NCBI RefSeq assembly: GCF_006345805.1
Contig: NC_042998.1
Coordinates: forward strand, 190,278,001-190,342,000
DNA from: Octopus sinensis
Lineage: Eukaryota
Direction: 5' to 3'
DNA: 64,000 bases
The translations under genes and the position numbers were made by a program. The notes beneath the pieces were generated by a model, which was not told where the DNA came from, did not search any database, and was given only the letters and a program-made list of their open reading frames with translations. Shown piece by piece: positions 36,784 through 48,756 of this stretch. Position 1 is the stretch's first letter; the number at the start of each line of letters is the position of its first letter.

Positions 36784-37671
36784 CCTGTCAATGGATATTC
36801 TGATGCAAAGGGCAACAACCATGTTTGAGAGTTATCGTGCGCTACAGAAACTGCACTAGGTACTCAAAGAAAAGGAAGAGATCTAATGTAATAAAGGCAC
36901 AGACTTAATCATTTTACAGATGTTAGAAATAAAGGCAATAGGTCGTGATTGGCACAGTCAGAGAAGCTGTCCTCTGTGTAATGTTATGCTATGAGTTGAG
37001 ACAGATCCCTGTAGGGAGCAAGATAGCGGAATTTGCCAAAACCAGAAGCTTATTATGGAGTACATCATTTGAAAGTAACTGAATAGAGATGGTCAAAGAA
37101 CCAGTTGCCTCGTTTAACTAGAGTGATTGTACAATTGGGGAGTTACATAGAGTAGAAAAGCTTTTGTTATGTGTGTATGTGTGAGTGTAGTTGAAAGCAA
37201 TGCAAGTAGCTTTACCAGCAGAACTATTACAGATTTATCTATGTTGAGTAGTAGTAGGTAGAAGGATTCTCGAAAATCCTTCTAATGAGACATTATCAGT
37301 AACGGATCAGAAAGACTGGATGCAGTTTAGAACAGTGCCCTGCAACCAGTGTGCCATGAGACAATGCCAGGTGTGCTCCAGTGTAACCTGAATATAACTT
37401 TTTCCCCTATACTTTTAGTTACATTTTTAGTTCAGGTGTGCTGCTGAATTTTGAAAAGAATATATGTGTACTGCAAATGAAAAAAGGTTGCAGAGCACTG
37501 GCTTAGGAGACAAGGGACCTGGATGTTTGGCTGCAGTTTGGAAGGCAAAACAATTTGGTTCCCTTTACTTTCTTAATAGTCATTATGAAGTGGTGAGTAA
37601 TTATCTAGTCACTGGTATTGCATGCCTTCTTTATTTGCACTACTGCAATAAAGCTGCATATAAACTACCTG

Positions 37672-37896
37672 GGGTATGGAAAAACGTTAGCACGCCGGGC
37701 GAAATGCGTAGCCGTATTTCGTCTGCGGTTACGTTCCGAGTTCAAATTCCGCCGAGGTCGACTTTCCCTTTCATCCTCTCGGGATCGATAAATTAAGTAC
37801 CAGTTACACACTGGGGTCGATATAATCGACTTAATCCCTTTGTCTGCCCTTGTTTGTCCCCTCTGTGTTTAGCCCCTTGTGGGCAGTAAAGAAATA
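37672..37896 (+). mobile_element. Family B SINE
   Basis: Matches 32964-33193. Confidence 0.88.
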
Positions 37897-38184
37897 AATA
37901 TAAAACTAAGGATATGGCTTCGGTCAGTTGCTTAGCAATCTCAGAGATGAATATTTACTGCTGAAGCAACAGAACTACAATGAGTGAGCTGAAATCAGTA
38001 CCAGACAGAATGTGAGCAGGAGTGTGTTATACAAAAGGAACAGATGAAGTACTTGACATTTTATTAGGAGTGGTCAGATAATCTGTGTTATGGACAAAGG
38101 CTTGGCTTAGAGAAGAGCAAAGTCAAGGGTGTTTAAAGAATTAGTGCACTGATCAAGAATGAGTGGACGATGATTCTAAGCTAT

Positions 38185-38580
38185 ACTCTTTTACTCTCTT
38201 ACTTGTTTCAGTCATTTGACTGTGGACATGCTGGAGCACCGCCTTTAGTCAAGCAAATCGACCCCGGGACTTATTCTTTGTAAGCCCAGTACTTATTCTA
38301 TCGGTCTCTTTTGCCGAACCGCTAAGTGACAGGGACGTAAACACACCAGCATCGGTTGTCAAGCAATGCTAGGGGGACAAACACAGACACACAAACATAT
38401 ATATATATATATATACAACGGGCTTCTTTCAGTTTCTGTCTACCAAATCCACTCGCAAGGCATTGGTCGGCCCGGGGCTATAGCAGAAGACACTTGCCCA
38501 AGATGCCATGCAGTGGGACTGAACCCGGAACCATGTGGTTGGTAAGCAAGCTATTTACCACACAGCCACTCCTGCACCTA
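38185..38580 (-). mobile_element. Family A SINE
   Basis: Reverse complement of the family A consensus. Confidence 0.92.
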
Positions 38581-38888
38581 TGCAGACATTTCACAGCAAT
38601 AAACAAGTTGACCTCTTTATCACTGAAGTCAATGTACACTGATGGATTCTGAAGGATGTGAGAGGTAGGATGAGATGTTCTGATGGTGGGGATGATAGAG
38701 AGTCAAACAACATATGGTAGCTGGAGGGGTCTGAAGTGTACCGAGATACATGAATTTAGAAGAAAAGGATCAGAAGATTTTGTGTTAGATATGTCAAACT
38801 TTAATCCCATTAACATCTGACCTCAGCACAAAGTACAATGTAGGTTACAACTTTAAATTAAATTTGATTTGTATTGATGTCTACTTAC

Positions 38889-39038
38889 CATGTGGGGAAA
38901 ATACTCTAAGATTAATTGGGATATTACTAATCCCTTTGTTGCTGCCGGTAGCACGATCGGTTTCATCTTCGATTTCCTTGCGAACCATGTCAAAATCAGT
39001 GAATTTTTTTCCTTTACAATGAACAAACTCAGCATATT
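38889..39038 (-). CDS. dnm: Dynamin exon 3 (150 nt): [49 protein letters not shown]
   Basis: tatttcag acceptor, gtaagt donor; phase 1 to 1; clear dynamin match. Confidence 0.98.
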
Positions 39039-39689
39039 CTGAAATAAATTTCAAATGCAAAATAATTTCTTAATTTTCACAAAAGTAAAAATATTTTAAT
39101 AAAATATCAACACATTTTAATAAAATATCAACACGGCAGTGCATCAGCAATGGCGGCAGCTCTGAGCTGAAACAAGAAAAACGAAAAAAAAAAAATATAT
39201 ATATAATCATGATTCCCCTCTGAAATGAATATATTTTGGTCATGACAATGATGATGACCAAGATATATTCATTTTCAGGGTAGAATCATCAGGATGTAAT
39301 ATAAAATGGAGAAATGAACGAGATATTATTATTACTTCTGCATGATTAGCTCTTTTGTGACCATATTTCTAAAGCATATAAGTTTTCAATTAATCTTGAA
39401 GATAATCAAAAATTTGGTTGAATTTAATAAATTAACATTTTCAGGATGTTTTAATATAATTGTTATCAGCTGAGAGGTTTTATTAAAGAGAATGGGAAGT
39501 TGTTTCAAGAAGATTGATATGAAATGGGTTAATCAGTTCTAATAAGGCTATACATGTATCATGTGAATGAAGTGACGACTTCATAAATTGAATACTCTCA
39601 CTACAAAATGTAGAATTTTAATTTATCAAATAAGGATGCTTGTGAAGACCTGTTGGGGCAAGTGAAATCAGAATCGAAATTGAACCAAT

Positions 39690-40345
39690 CCTATGACTGG
39701 CACCCGGCAGTTGCCAGTGCCGCTGGACTGACTCCTGTGCAGGTGGCAAGTAAAGAAACACTGTTTCGACCCTGTGCTTGGGGAGACCTATTGAGTCAAA
39801 TACATCAGCATCAAAAATCAATGGAAATTGTTAGTTGTGATCCCTGTGCCGGTGGCACGTAAAAAGCACCATCCGAACATGGCCGATGCCAGTCTCGCCT
39901 GGCACATAAAAAGCTCCCACTACACTCTTGGAGTGGTTGGCGTTAGGAATGGCATCCAGCTGTAGAAACACTACCAGATTAGACTGGAGCCTGGTGCAGC
40001 CTACTGGCTTCCCAGATCCCGGTCGAACCGTCCAACCCATGCTAGCATGGAAAACGGACGTTAAACAATGATGATGATGATGAAGGATAGGTCTTTTTTT
40101 TTTTCAAAATTCTACATCTTTTTAATGCCTATTTTATCAAACAAGAACATCTCCAAGCACATCTATCTCTTGTACTGGTAACATGTAAAAGGCACCCACT
40201 ACACTCTTGGAGTGGTTGGCCTTAGGAAGGGCATCCAGCCAAAGAGATCAAGCCAATGGAATGTGGTGCAGCTCTCTGGCTTACCAGTTCCAGTCAAACC
40301 ACCTAACCCATGCCAGCATGGAAAGTGGACACTAAATGATGATAC
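39690..40345 (+). mobile_element. Two RTE-LINE 3'-end repeats (about 39690-40083 and 40170-40345)
   Basis: Family core with gatgat tails. Confidence 0.8.
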
Positions 40346-41238
40346 AACAGGATTTAATCATCCTTCCACATTACAGTAATTTCTGTACAATTTGTCAAAA
40401 CTAATGAGTCATCTGTCACACACATCAACCAAAGACTTTAAACAACATATTAATATGAGTTAGTGAAGTTAGTCATTTTATAAACTGTGTTGCATTAAAA
40501 CTGTACGTTAGTCTATCCAATGATATAATATATTATACTCTAGGAATTTTGGCAGACTTTAGTTTTCATTGACTATTTTTCACTGCCAAAGAAACAGAAC
40601 ATCACTGTTTGTTTGTTTGTTTTATTTGGGTAGGTGGAGCCAGACTGAAAATTTACTTTGTCATTTTAAATAAATTTTCAAAAATGCTACTAAAACTGCT
40701 GCCATTTATTCTGTTCTGTAATTTATTCCAGCTCTAGAAATAATTAATTCCTTTAGCTAACAAAACTTATTACTTTTATGTGGACCATTACAATAGATGT
40801 ACTTAAATTGTTAATTCCTCATTAACCTACTTTTAAATCCAACAATACTTTTTTGAACTAAGTATGGTTACACTGTCAGTATGTAAATACCTTGTAAGCT
40901 CTGGTGGGGCTTTTCAAAACCAAGGCTTAGCTCTGATTTCGCAGTCTTAAGTAGATGAGAGATAAATTACCTCTGGTATAGGATACTAGTCTGTTGTAAG
41001 TAACATTTTCATATGATCTGGTACCTATTTCTGACTGGTAGGTGGACTATGACAACAAAGGTTTCTGTTCAGAAACATAATTGTAGTGATTTTGAAATGT
41101 TGGTCTACAAGCCAAACAGCTGAATAGAAAAGTTATTATATAATCTTACCGTTACTATTACCTCTATAGTATGGACTAGGTAGCCAAGTAAGGTATTATT
41201 CTTATTGTTACTGCTACCTGTCTGTGTGTGTATATATA

Positions 41239-41370
41239 TATCATCATCATCGTTTAACGTCCACTTTCCATGCTGGCATGGGTTGGACGGTTCAACTGGG
41301 GTCTGGGAAGCCAGAAGGCTGCACCAGGCCCAGTCTGATCTGGCAGTGTTTCTACAGCTGGATACCCTTC

Positions 41371-41408
<38 letters not shown>
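41239..41408 (-). mobile_element. RTE-LINE 3'-end fragment truncated by a (TA)n run
   Basis: Family core followed by (TA)n at about 41373-41408. Confidence 0.8.
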
Positions 41409-41410
<2 letters not shown>

Positions 41411-41504
41411 TATGAAGTCACTACATACAGTGGCACAGAAGTAATTTAAATGGTGATGTATTGCTCTTTTATATAGGATTCATAAGCGAATCCTATATAA
41501 GTGT

Positions 41505-41737
41505 TAAGGCGGCAAGCTGGCCGAATCGATAGCACGCCGGGCGAAATGCGTAGCCATATTTCGTCTACCGTTACGTTCTGAGTTCAAATTCCGCCAAGGT
41601 CGACTTTGCCTTTCATCCTTTCAGGGTCAATAAATAAAGTACCAGTTACACACTGGGGTCGATGTAATCGACTTAATCCCTTTGTCTGTCTTTGTTTGCC
41701 CCTCTATGTTTAGCCCATCGTTGGCAATAAAGAAATA
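41505..41737 (+). mobile_element. Family B SINE
   Basis: TSD of about 21 bp, tatataggattcataag(c/t)gaa, at 41470-41490 and 41738-41758. Confidence 0.9.
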
Positions 41738-42051
41738 TATATAGGATTCATAAGTGAAGACAGACAAAGATTAACAAGAAAAGGAGAGAGGAATGTACTG
41801 AATGCATTGATTTCAAGATTAAAGAGATGACTTTTTCAAGAGACAATCTATAATGCTGGAATTGTGTTGCGGATCTTAAACAAACAATTTATTGCACATA
41901 TGCCTCCATTTTCCTATTCAGCAAGAAAGAGGTACTGGATCAATCTGGTTTCGTCTCAGACTAGTCTACTAGCCATTTTGGTAAGCCTTACTAAAACCCA
42001 AACTAATTTTTATTATAGATTACATGAGATAGCTATGGTACAGTAGTTTCA

Positions 42052-42405
42052 TCATCATCGTTTATTGTCCGCTTTCCATGCTAGCATGGGTTGGACGATT
42101 TTGACTGAGGGCCGGAGAACCTGATGGCCGCACCAGGCTCCAATCTTGATCTGGCAGAGTTTCTACAGCTGGATGTCCTTCCTAACGCCAACCACTCCGA
42201 GAGTGTAGTGGGTGCTTTTTACATGCCACCAGCACGGGGGCCAGTCAGGCGGTACTGGCAATAACCTCACTCAAATCTTTTTACACATGCCACCGGCACA
42301 GGTGCCAGTAAGGTGACATTGGTAACGATCACACTCGAATGGTGCCCTTTTATGTGCCACCGTCACGGAAGCCAGTTGGCTGCTCTGGCAACAATTACGC
42401 TCGGA
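42052..42405 (-). mobile_element. RTE-LINE 3'-end repeat
   Basis: Family core; inverted sister of 43222-43635. Confidence 0.88.
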
Positions 42406-42727
42406 TTATTAGCATTATTAACAAATCAAATTTATCAAAGATAGCATCTATCACCAGTTGAAAATTTTCCTTAGCATTGGGGTGGGGGTGAATAAACTTA
42501 TCATTTTGTGACTGTTTAGTGGGTACATTCTTATTACAATTATTTCTCAATGTATTCCATAAATTGTGATAATCTATTGTCTTATTGTTTGTAAAGATTT
42601 TAATATATTTTGTATTTGGTTGCAATTGACAGTACTGGGACAGTCAGAATTTAATATCTACCATAGGTTACTAAGTATCTTAAAGCCAAATCTCTCAGAT
42701 TCTGCATGCTAATATGTCATTTTTCCT

Positions 42728-43000
42728 TCATACATTTTATTATTACTCATCATCATCACCACCAACACCATCATCAAGGCCAGTTTTCCACTCTGGCATG
42801 GGTTGGATGGTTTGATAAGAGCTGGTTAGCCAGAAGACTGCTGTGCCAAGCTCCACTGTCTTCTTTGGTATGGCTTCCATGGCTAGTTCCCCTTCCTAAT
42901 GCCAACCACATTACAGAGTGTACTGGGTACTTTTTATGTAGCATCAGCACAGAGAGGTCACCAAGTAAGTTGCAAAACAAGATCCCTCAACTGAGGCAAG
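42728..43000 (-). mobile_element. Old diverged RTE-LINE 3'-end repeat
   Basis: Degenerate family core. Confidence 0.7.
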
Positions 43001-43221
43001 GGTAGTACTGAGGGGGCAGCTTTTTGCCAGGTGATGAGAAGCAGAAATAGACGGCTTGCAGTAGAGGAAATACATGGCTACCTCAGCTGGAAAGAGAGGA
43101 GGAGGAGGAGAGCAAGAGAGAGAAGACAGTAAAGATGTGTTGGAGGCATACCCTCAAGTTAGAGGGATGTGTATATAGAGGGCATGAGCTAAATTTGATG
43201 ATTTTTTTTTTGTCTCTTTTT

Positions 43222-43635
43222 TCATGATCGTTACCAGCGTCGCCTTACTGGCACTTGCGCCTGTGCTAGTAGGGTGCCAAGAGCACCATCCGAGCGTGAT
43301 CATTGTTAGAGCAGCCAACTGGCCTCTGTACCTATGGCACATAAAAGGGCACCATTTGAGTGTGATCGTTACCAATGTCGCTTCACTGGCACGTGTAAAA
43401 AGATTCGAGTGAGGTCATTGCCAGTACCGCCTGACTGGCCCCCGTGCCGGTGGCACGTAAAAAGCACCCACTACACTCTCGGAGTGGTAGGCGTTAGGAA
43501 GGACATCCAGCTGTAGAAACTCTGCCAGATCAAGATTGGAGCCTGGTGCAGCCATATGGTTCGCCAGCCCTCAGTCAAAATCGTCCAATCCCTGCTAGCA
43601 TGGAAAGCGGACGTTAAACGATGATGATGATGATG
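43222..43635 (+). mobile_element. RTE-LINE 3'-end repeat
   Basis: Family core with gatgatgat tail. Confidence 0.88.
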
Positions 43636-43984
43636 TTGTTTGACATAATGGTGAACAGTCAACAATGTTGGAGAACATAAAGATTCAAATTGTAGTTGAG
43701 AAAAAGTTAGCTGGTATGGAGGACTGGGGGCCATCTAAATATTCATAAAGAGCTACATAAAAAGTACCCAGTACACTCTGTAATGTGGTTGGCATTAGGA
43801 AGGGGAACTAGCCATGGAAGCCATGCCAAAGAAGACAGTGGAACTTGGCACAGGCATCATGATGATTCAATCTATCAAAATGTCAACATCATGACTGCCC
43901 TTCAATGCTCTGTGAACACTATAAAGGTTGCAAGATGTGACACAAACAGCTCTGCAATAGAGACTATGAAGTTGTGGCCAGCAG

Positions 43985-44410
43985 GAAGGGACACAGCAGA
44001 TGTTCTGACTGCATCCACACACTAGAATTCTTTCCCACAACTTTGAACAGGGCCTTAGGCTCAATTCAGGCAGTTATGCAAAGTTGCTGGAGACTGCAGT
44101 CGATCATCCCCAGCTGGGAATGGTTACTGCTGGAAGGCCATATGTGTAGTAGCAGGATTTGGTTCCTTGCCATACCTTTGAAAAGAGTCAGAAGTGGTTG
44201 TCAGAGAATTTCTGCAACTTCACCAGCCCCAATTTCTGGCCCCCTAATTCTCCCAATTGTAATCCTATGGATTACTATGTACGGGGTGTGGTTAAATCAA
44301 GGAGGCATTCAAAGTGCATTCCTTGGACACAGTGAGGAATGCATGTGCCAGGTTCCAAAGCTGTCTTGAGGTCATGGTGGAAGCTGAGGACAACTATTTT
44401 AAGTAAACTG
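43985..44410 (+). mobile_element. Tc1/mariner transposase relic (catalytic C-terminus)
   Basis: Translates to QQDLVPCHTFEKSQKWLSENFCNFTSPNFWPPNSPNCNPMDYYVRGVV, matching the WPPNSPDxNPxDY motif; disrupted. Confidence 0.8.
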
Positions 44411-44664
44411 TTATCTCCTAGGCATAATCTAATTTATATTTATTTTTTTTTTTTTTTTAAATAATTCTATTTTGGGGTGAGGTGTTGTGTATTCTTTTCT
44501 TTTTATGGAAACTGTTAAATTTAGCTTGAACACATTGTAGGTGAAGTAGTACAGAGGATTGAATAGGACTGGGCAGATAAATTTGCAAGAGAGCAAAAGG
44601 AATGCAGGCGATAGAGTGGAAGGGAAATGCAATTACTATCATCATTGTCGTTGGTGGTGGTGGT

Positions 44665-44666
44665 AC

Positions 44667-44697
<31 letters not shown>

Positions 44698-44700
44698 ATA
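44665..44700. repeat. (TAT)n microsatellite
   Basis: Read directly. Confidence 0.9.
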
Positions 44701-44714
44701 CTTTTTCAAAGTAA

Positions 44715-45050
44715 AGGCACATGGTTCAGTGGTTAGAGTTTAGGCTCACAATCATGAGGTAGTCAGTTCGATTCCCGGACCGGGCTGTGTGTTGTGTTCT
44801 TGAGCAAGACACTTTATTTTACGTAGCTCCAGTTCATTCAGCTGTAGAAATGAGTCGCAATGTCACTGATACCAAGCTGTATCGCCTTTGCCTTTCTTTT
44901 GAATAACATCAGTGATGTAGAGAGGAAAGACAGCATGCATGGACAACTGCAGGTCTTCCATAAACAATCTTGCTTGGACTTGTACCTTGGAGGGTAACTT
45001 TCTAGGTGCAATCCCATAGTCATTCATGACCAAAATGAGTCTTTACCTTT
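44715..45050 (+). mobile_element. tRNA-derived SINE, further family
   Basis: A box tggttcagtggttagag, B box gttcgattcc, then ttgagcaagacacttta. Confidence 0.7.
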
Positions 45051-45379
45051 TTTAAATTTTCCCAAAAAAAGTGCCTTTGTAGATAGGTTGTTTCCATTAG
45101 AGCCATAAAAGCTTGATTGAAATGGACAGGAGAAAGGTGTGGCAAGAGGGAAAAAGAGAGAGAATAGAAAACTGTGTGACCATATGTACTATGTCAGACA
45201 TCATATGATTAATCAGATGTTTGAAGATGAAAAAGGCTAGGTTTTGTCACCATTTTCCCAAGACTATTAAATAAAATGCAATAAATTTGTTTAATATTAT
45301 TTTTGCAACTCCTTTGAATAATATTGCTTTATCTACACTGCATAATTATTCTTAGCTTTTTAATGATCATTACATTCAT

Positions 45380-45730
45380 CATCATCATCATTTAACATGT
45401 TGTCCATGCTGGCATGGGTTGGACGCCTTGACCAGTGCTGGTAAACTGAGGGGCTACACCAGACCCTCGCGTCTGATTTGGCATGGTTTCTACAGCTGGA
45501 TGCCCTTCCTAATGCCAACCACTCTGAGAGTGTAATGGGTGCTTTTATGTGCCACTGGCACAAGTGCCAGCAGTAACACTAGTATCCGTCATGACTATGA
45601 TTTCACTTAATTTGTTGGGTCTTCTACTCAAGCATGACTTATTGCTGAAGGTCTTAGTCATTTGTCATTACCTCCGTGAGGCCCAATGCTTGAAAGGTGC
45701 TTTTTACATGCCACCAGCACAGGGGCTAGT
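45380..45730 (-). mobile_element. RTE-LINE 3'-end repeat, diverged
   Basis: Family core sequence. Confidence 0.75.
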
Positions 45731-45770
45731 TACAACACCGGCATCAGCCACATCTATTTATAGATATGTA

Positions 45771-46323
45771 TTGGGTTGTCTGGAAAGTTCGTGCTGATTT
45801 ATAGTAGCTTACCTTTCGACTTATTTTAGAACATGGTTGAGTCCAGAAAATAGGATTTGACTACACCTCCATTTAGAGCACAGTTTAAGCTATCTTTTCA
45901 TGGAAGAAGGTTTATGTTCCTATAACCTGTGTTAATTATGTAACCCTTTAAAATGGAAGATAAGAAAGTTCATTTTCGGCACTTGATGCTTTGGGAACCA
46001 GACAAAAATTGCTGCAGCTCGGCTGGGATGTGTTACACCACCCTCCATATTAACCAGATATTGCTCCTTCGGATTTCCACTTATTCAGGTCTCTGCAGTA
46101 GTCTTAATGGTAAAAACTTCAATTCCTTGGATGACATAAAAAAATACCTTGATGAATTCTTTGCCATGAAACCACCTCAATTCTGGGAAGAGGGTATTTT
46201 CAAGTTAAAGGAAAGATGGAAATGCATTTGGTTCATATTTGGTTGATTAAAAATGTAATGGCAAGTATTTAGTGACCTTTTTCTTTCCTTTAAAAATCGG
46301 CACGAAGTTTCTGGACAACCCAA
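45771..46323 (+). mobile_element. Internally deleted mariner (Mos1-like) element with both TIRs
   Basis: TIRs ttgggttgtctggaaagttcgtgctgattt / aaatcggcacgaagtttctggacaacccaa, TA flanks; N-terminal MEDKKVHFRHLMLWE joined to C-terminal SLNGKNFNSLDDIKKYLDEFFAMKPPQFWEEGIFKLKERW. Confidence 0.92.
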
Positions 46324-47072
46324 TATATACAGGATATTTGGGCTAAGTTTGATGGTATTTTTTGTTTATATTAAATATGTAATACTAAATACTGATAGGT
46401 TAATTTTTAAGTTGAAGTGTGGGATTTCTATAAAAAACATTAAATATTTTATTGAGATTAGAAATATTAAGAACTGCTTTCAAATACAGAAAATATTTTT
46501 AAATATGAACAAATGAATGAAAAATAAAAGAAAGAATATGAATACTCAAACTGTTCTGTAGAATTAGATTTTGCAACATTTTACAACTATAATCAAAGAA
46601 ATCAGTCTAAGCCAAAAAAACAACCTTTGCATCTGACAAGCTATGATCAGATGATATTAAAAAAAAAAAATTGTACAAAATTCCATTTCATCAAAGCTAT
46701 CAAATTTAAATTCCTTAAAACAAATCTGGCATCAATCCTTACGTCAGTCAATATAGCTCTAAAATTCTGTATAATGTGTCACATTTTAAACATCAAGCAG
46801 GTACTTCACAGTATAAATTTAGTAATAATCAATAACTATATACAGTATTTTGCTTAACATATTCTAACCAACCGTCCTACTGAAATCTCTGCCTATTTTT
46901 ACAGTAATTCTATACAATGGTTATAAATTTATCAAGTTTTTCACATTGTAAAGCACTATACATCATTAGAAACATTTATTCAAGCTACTTTTTTATTGAT
47001 TAAACTTATATTCTTTAGGACATGTAGGATTTTAAGATAAAAATAATGGCAATGAGAATTGTATTTCTCAAA

Positions 47073-47278
47073 TACTCTTTTTACTCTTTTACTTGTTTCA
47101 GTCATATGACTGCGGCCATGCTGGAGCACCGCCTTTAGTCAAGCAAATCGACCCCGGGACTTTTTCTTTGTAAGCCCAGTACTTATTCTATCAGTCTCTT
47201 TTGCCGAACCGCTAAGTGACGGAGACGTAAACACACCAGCATCGGTTGTCAAGCAATGCTAGGGGGACAAACACAGAA

Positions 47279-47325
<47 letters not shown>

Positions 47326-47492
47326 TACGACAGACTTCTTTCAGTTTCCGTCTACCAAATCCACTCACAAGGCATTGGTCGGCCCGGGGCTATGGCAGAA
47401 GACACTTGCCCAAGATGCCACGCAGTGGGACTGAACCCGGAACCATGTGGCTGGTTAGCAAGCTACTTACTACACAGCCACTCCTGCGCCTA
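47073..47492 (-). mobile_element. Family A SINE
   Basis: Reverse complement of the family A consensus. Confidence 0.92.
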
Positions 47493-47739
47493 TGAATATT
47501 TAATGAATATTAAATTTTATAAAAATATAATTAATCGTTAATGAAATGTTCTTGAATTACACTAGTTCTTTATAATCTTATGAAGCATTACATAACCTCT
47601 TCACAGTTTGTGAGTTCAAATTCACTGTAAGCATTATGTTGTGTTTCTGGATATAACATTTCACCCTACATTTGTGACTTATGAACAATTTACATTATTA
47701 TAATTACTTCAATGAAATATTCCATAAACATATACCTAC

Positions 47740-47813
47740 CATTTTTGTTATGAAATAGCTGTAAAACAAGAGGCCGTCTTGTCACAATTCCAGACCCTCG
47801 GGGTAAAAAGTCT
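47740..47813 (-). CDS. dnm: Dynamin exon 2 (74 nt): (R)[24 protein letters not shown](E), switch I / G2
   Basis: tttgcag acceptor, gtaggt donor; translation matches the dynamin G2 motif; phase 2 to 1. Confidence 0.98.
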
Positions 47814-48062
47814 CTGCAAAAATAGAAAAATAAAATTTTACAATGAAGGATAAAAATTATTTTTTATAGTGTAAAAAGTTTCATCAAAGAAAAGAAGGGT
47901 TATAATAAGTAAAACAGGTGAGGGCAGGCAAAAGGAAGGGCATTTGGCTGCAGAAAATCTGTCCCATTAAACTGTCTGACCCATGGAAGCATGGTAAAGT
48001 AGACATTAAAACGAGATTCTCACTAACATATGCACACACACACACACGTAAACATATACATC

Positions 48063-48364
48063 ACTAGCAGTATCGCCCGGCGTTGCTCGGGTTTGTAAGA
48101 GAAATAACTATATAAGCATTTTAGAGAGTTACTTCCCTTATATAATAGCAAAAAAAATGCATTAAAAATGGGGAAAAATTATGGTAATTTTTTTTTAAAT
48201 CGTAGATTCATCGTAGACGCGCACTAATACCCAGAAGGGCTCGATATGAACCACGACTATAAGATACCCGCTTTTGGTTAAACTGCACCGCAAAATGTGG
48301 GAGTAGTTAGGAATCTAAATCGTAGGAGACAGACACTCACACAACTTCACTTTTATATATACAT
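48063..48364 (+). mobile_element. Helentron/HINE-like element, second family
   Basis: 5' actagcagtatcgcccggcgttgctcggg subterminal hairpin; 3' agacagacactcacac...ttttatatat. Confidence 0.7.
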
Positions 48365-48756
48365 CATTAGTGTTTTAGCATTCACTTTTCCATGCTTGTA
48401 AGGATTGGACAAAATTTATAGAGGCAGATTTTTTTTTGTGGTCAGACACCCTCCCTGTCACCAACCCTTATCTGTTTCAAGCAAAGTAATATTCTCTCAT
48501 AACCCAACATGTTTATGCAGAATACTGGAAATGAATGACTTTCATTTATGACAATTATGTGATGTTGTGATCATACAAACACATACACAGAGGCTTCTTT
48601 CAGTTTCCGTTTACGAAATCCACTCATAAGGCTTTGGTTAGCTCAAAGTTATAGAAGATATTTGGGATTGAATTTGAAACTATGTGGTTGGAAAGTAAAT
48701 TTCTTAACCACATAGATGCACCTGCTTATACACACATACATACATGCATGCATCTA

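Noticed and set aside
36222-38160. Possible LINE endonuclease relics (QFNLDILMLDISQW and nearby purine-rich tracts)
   Set aside because: Too degraded to assign with confidence.
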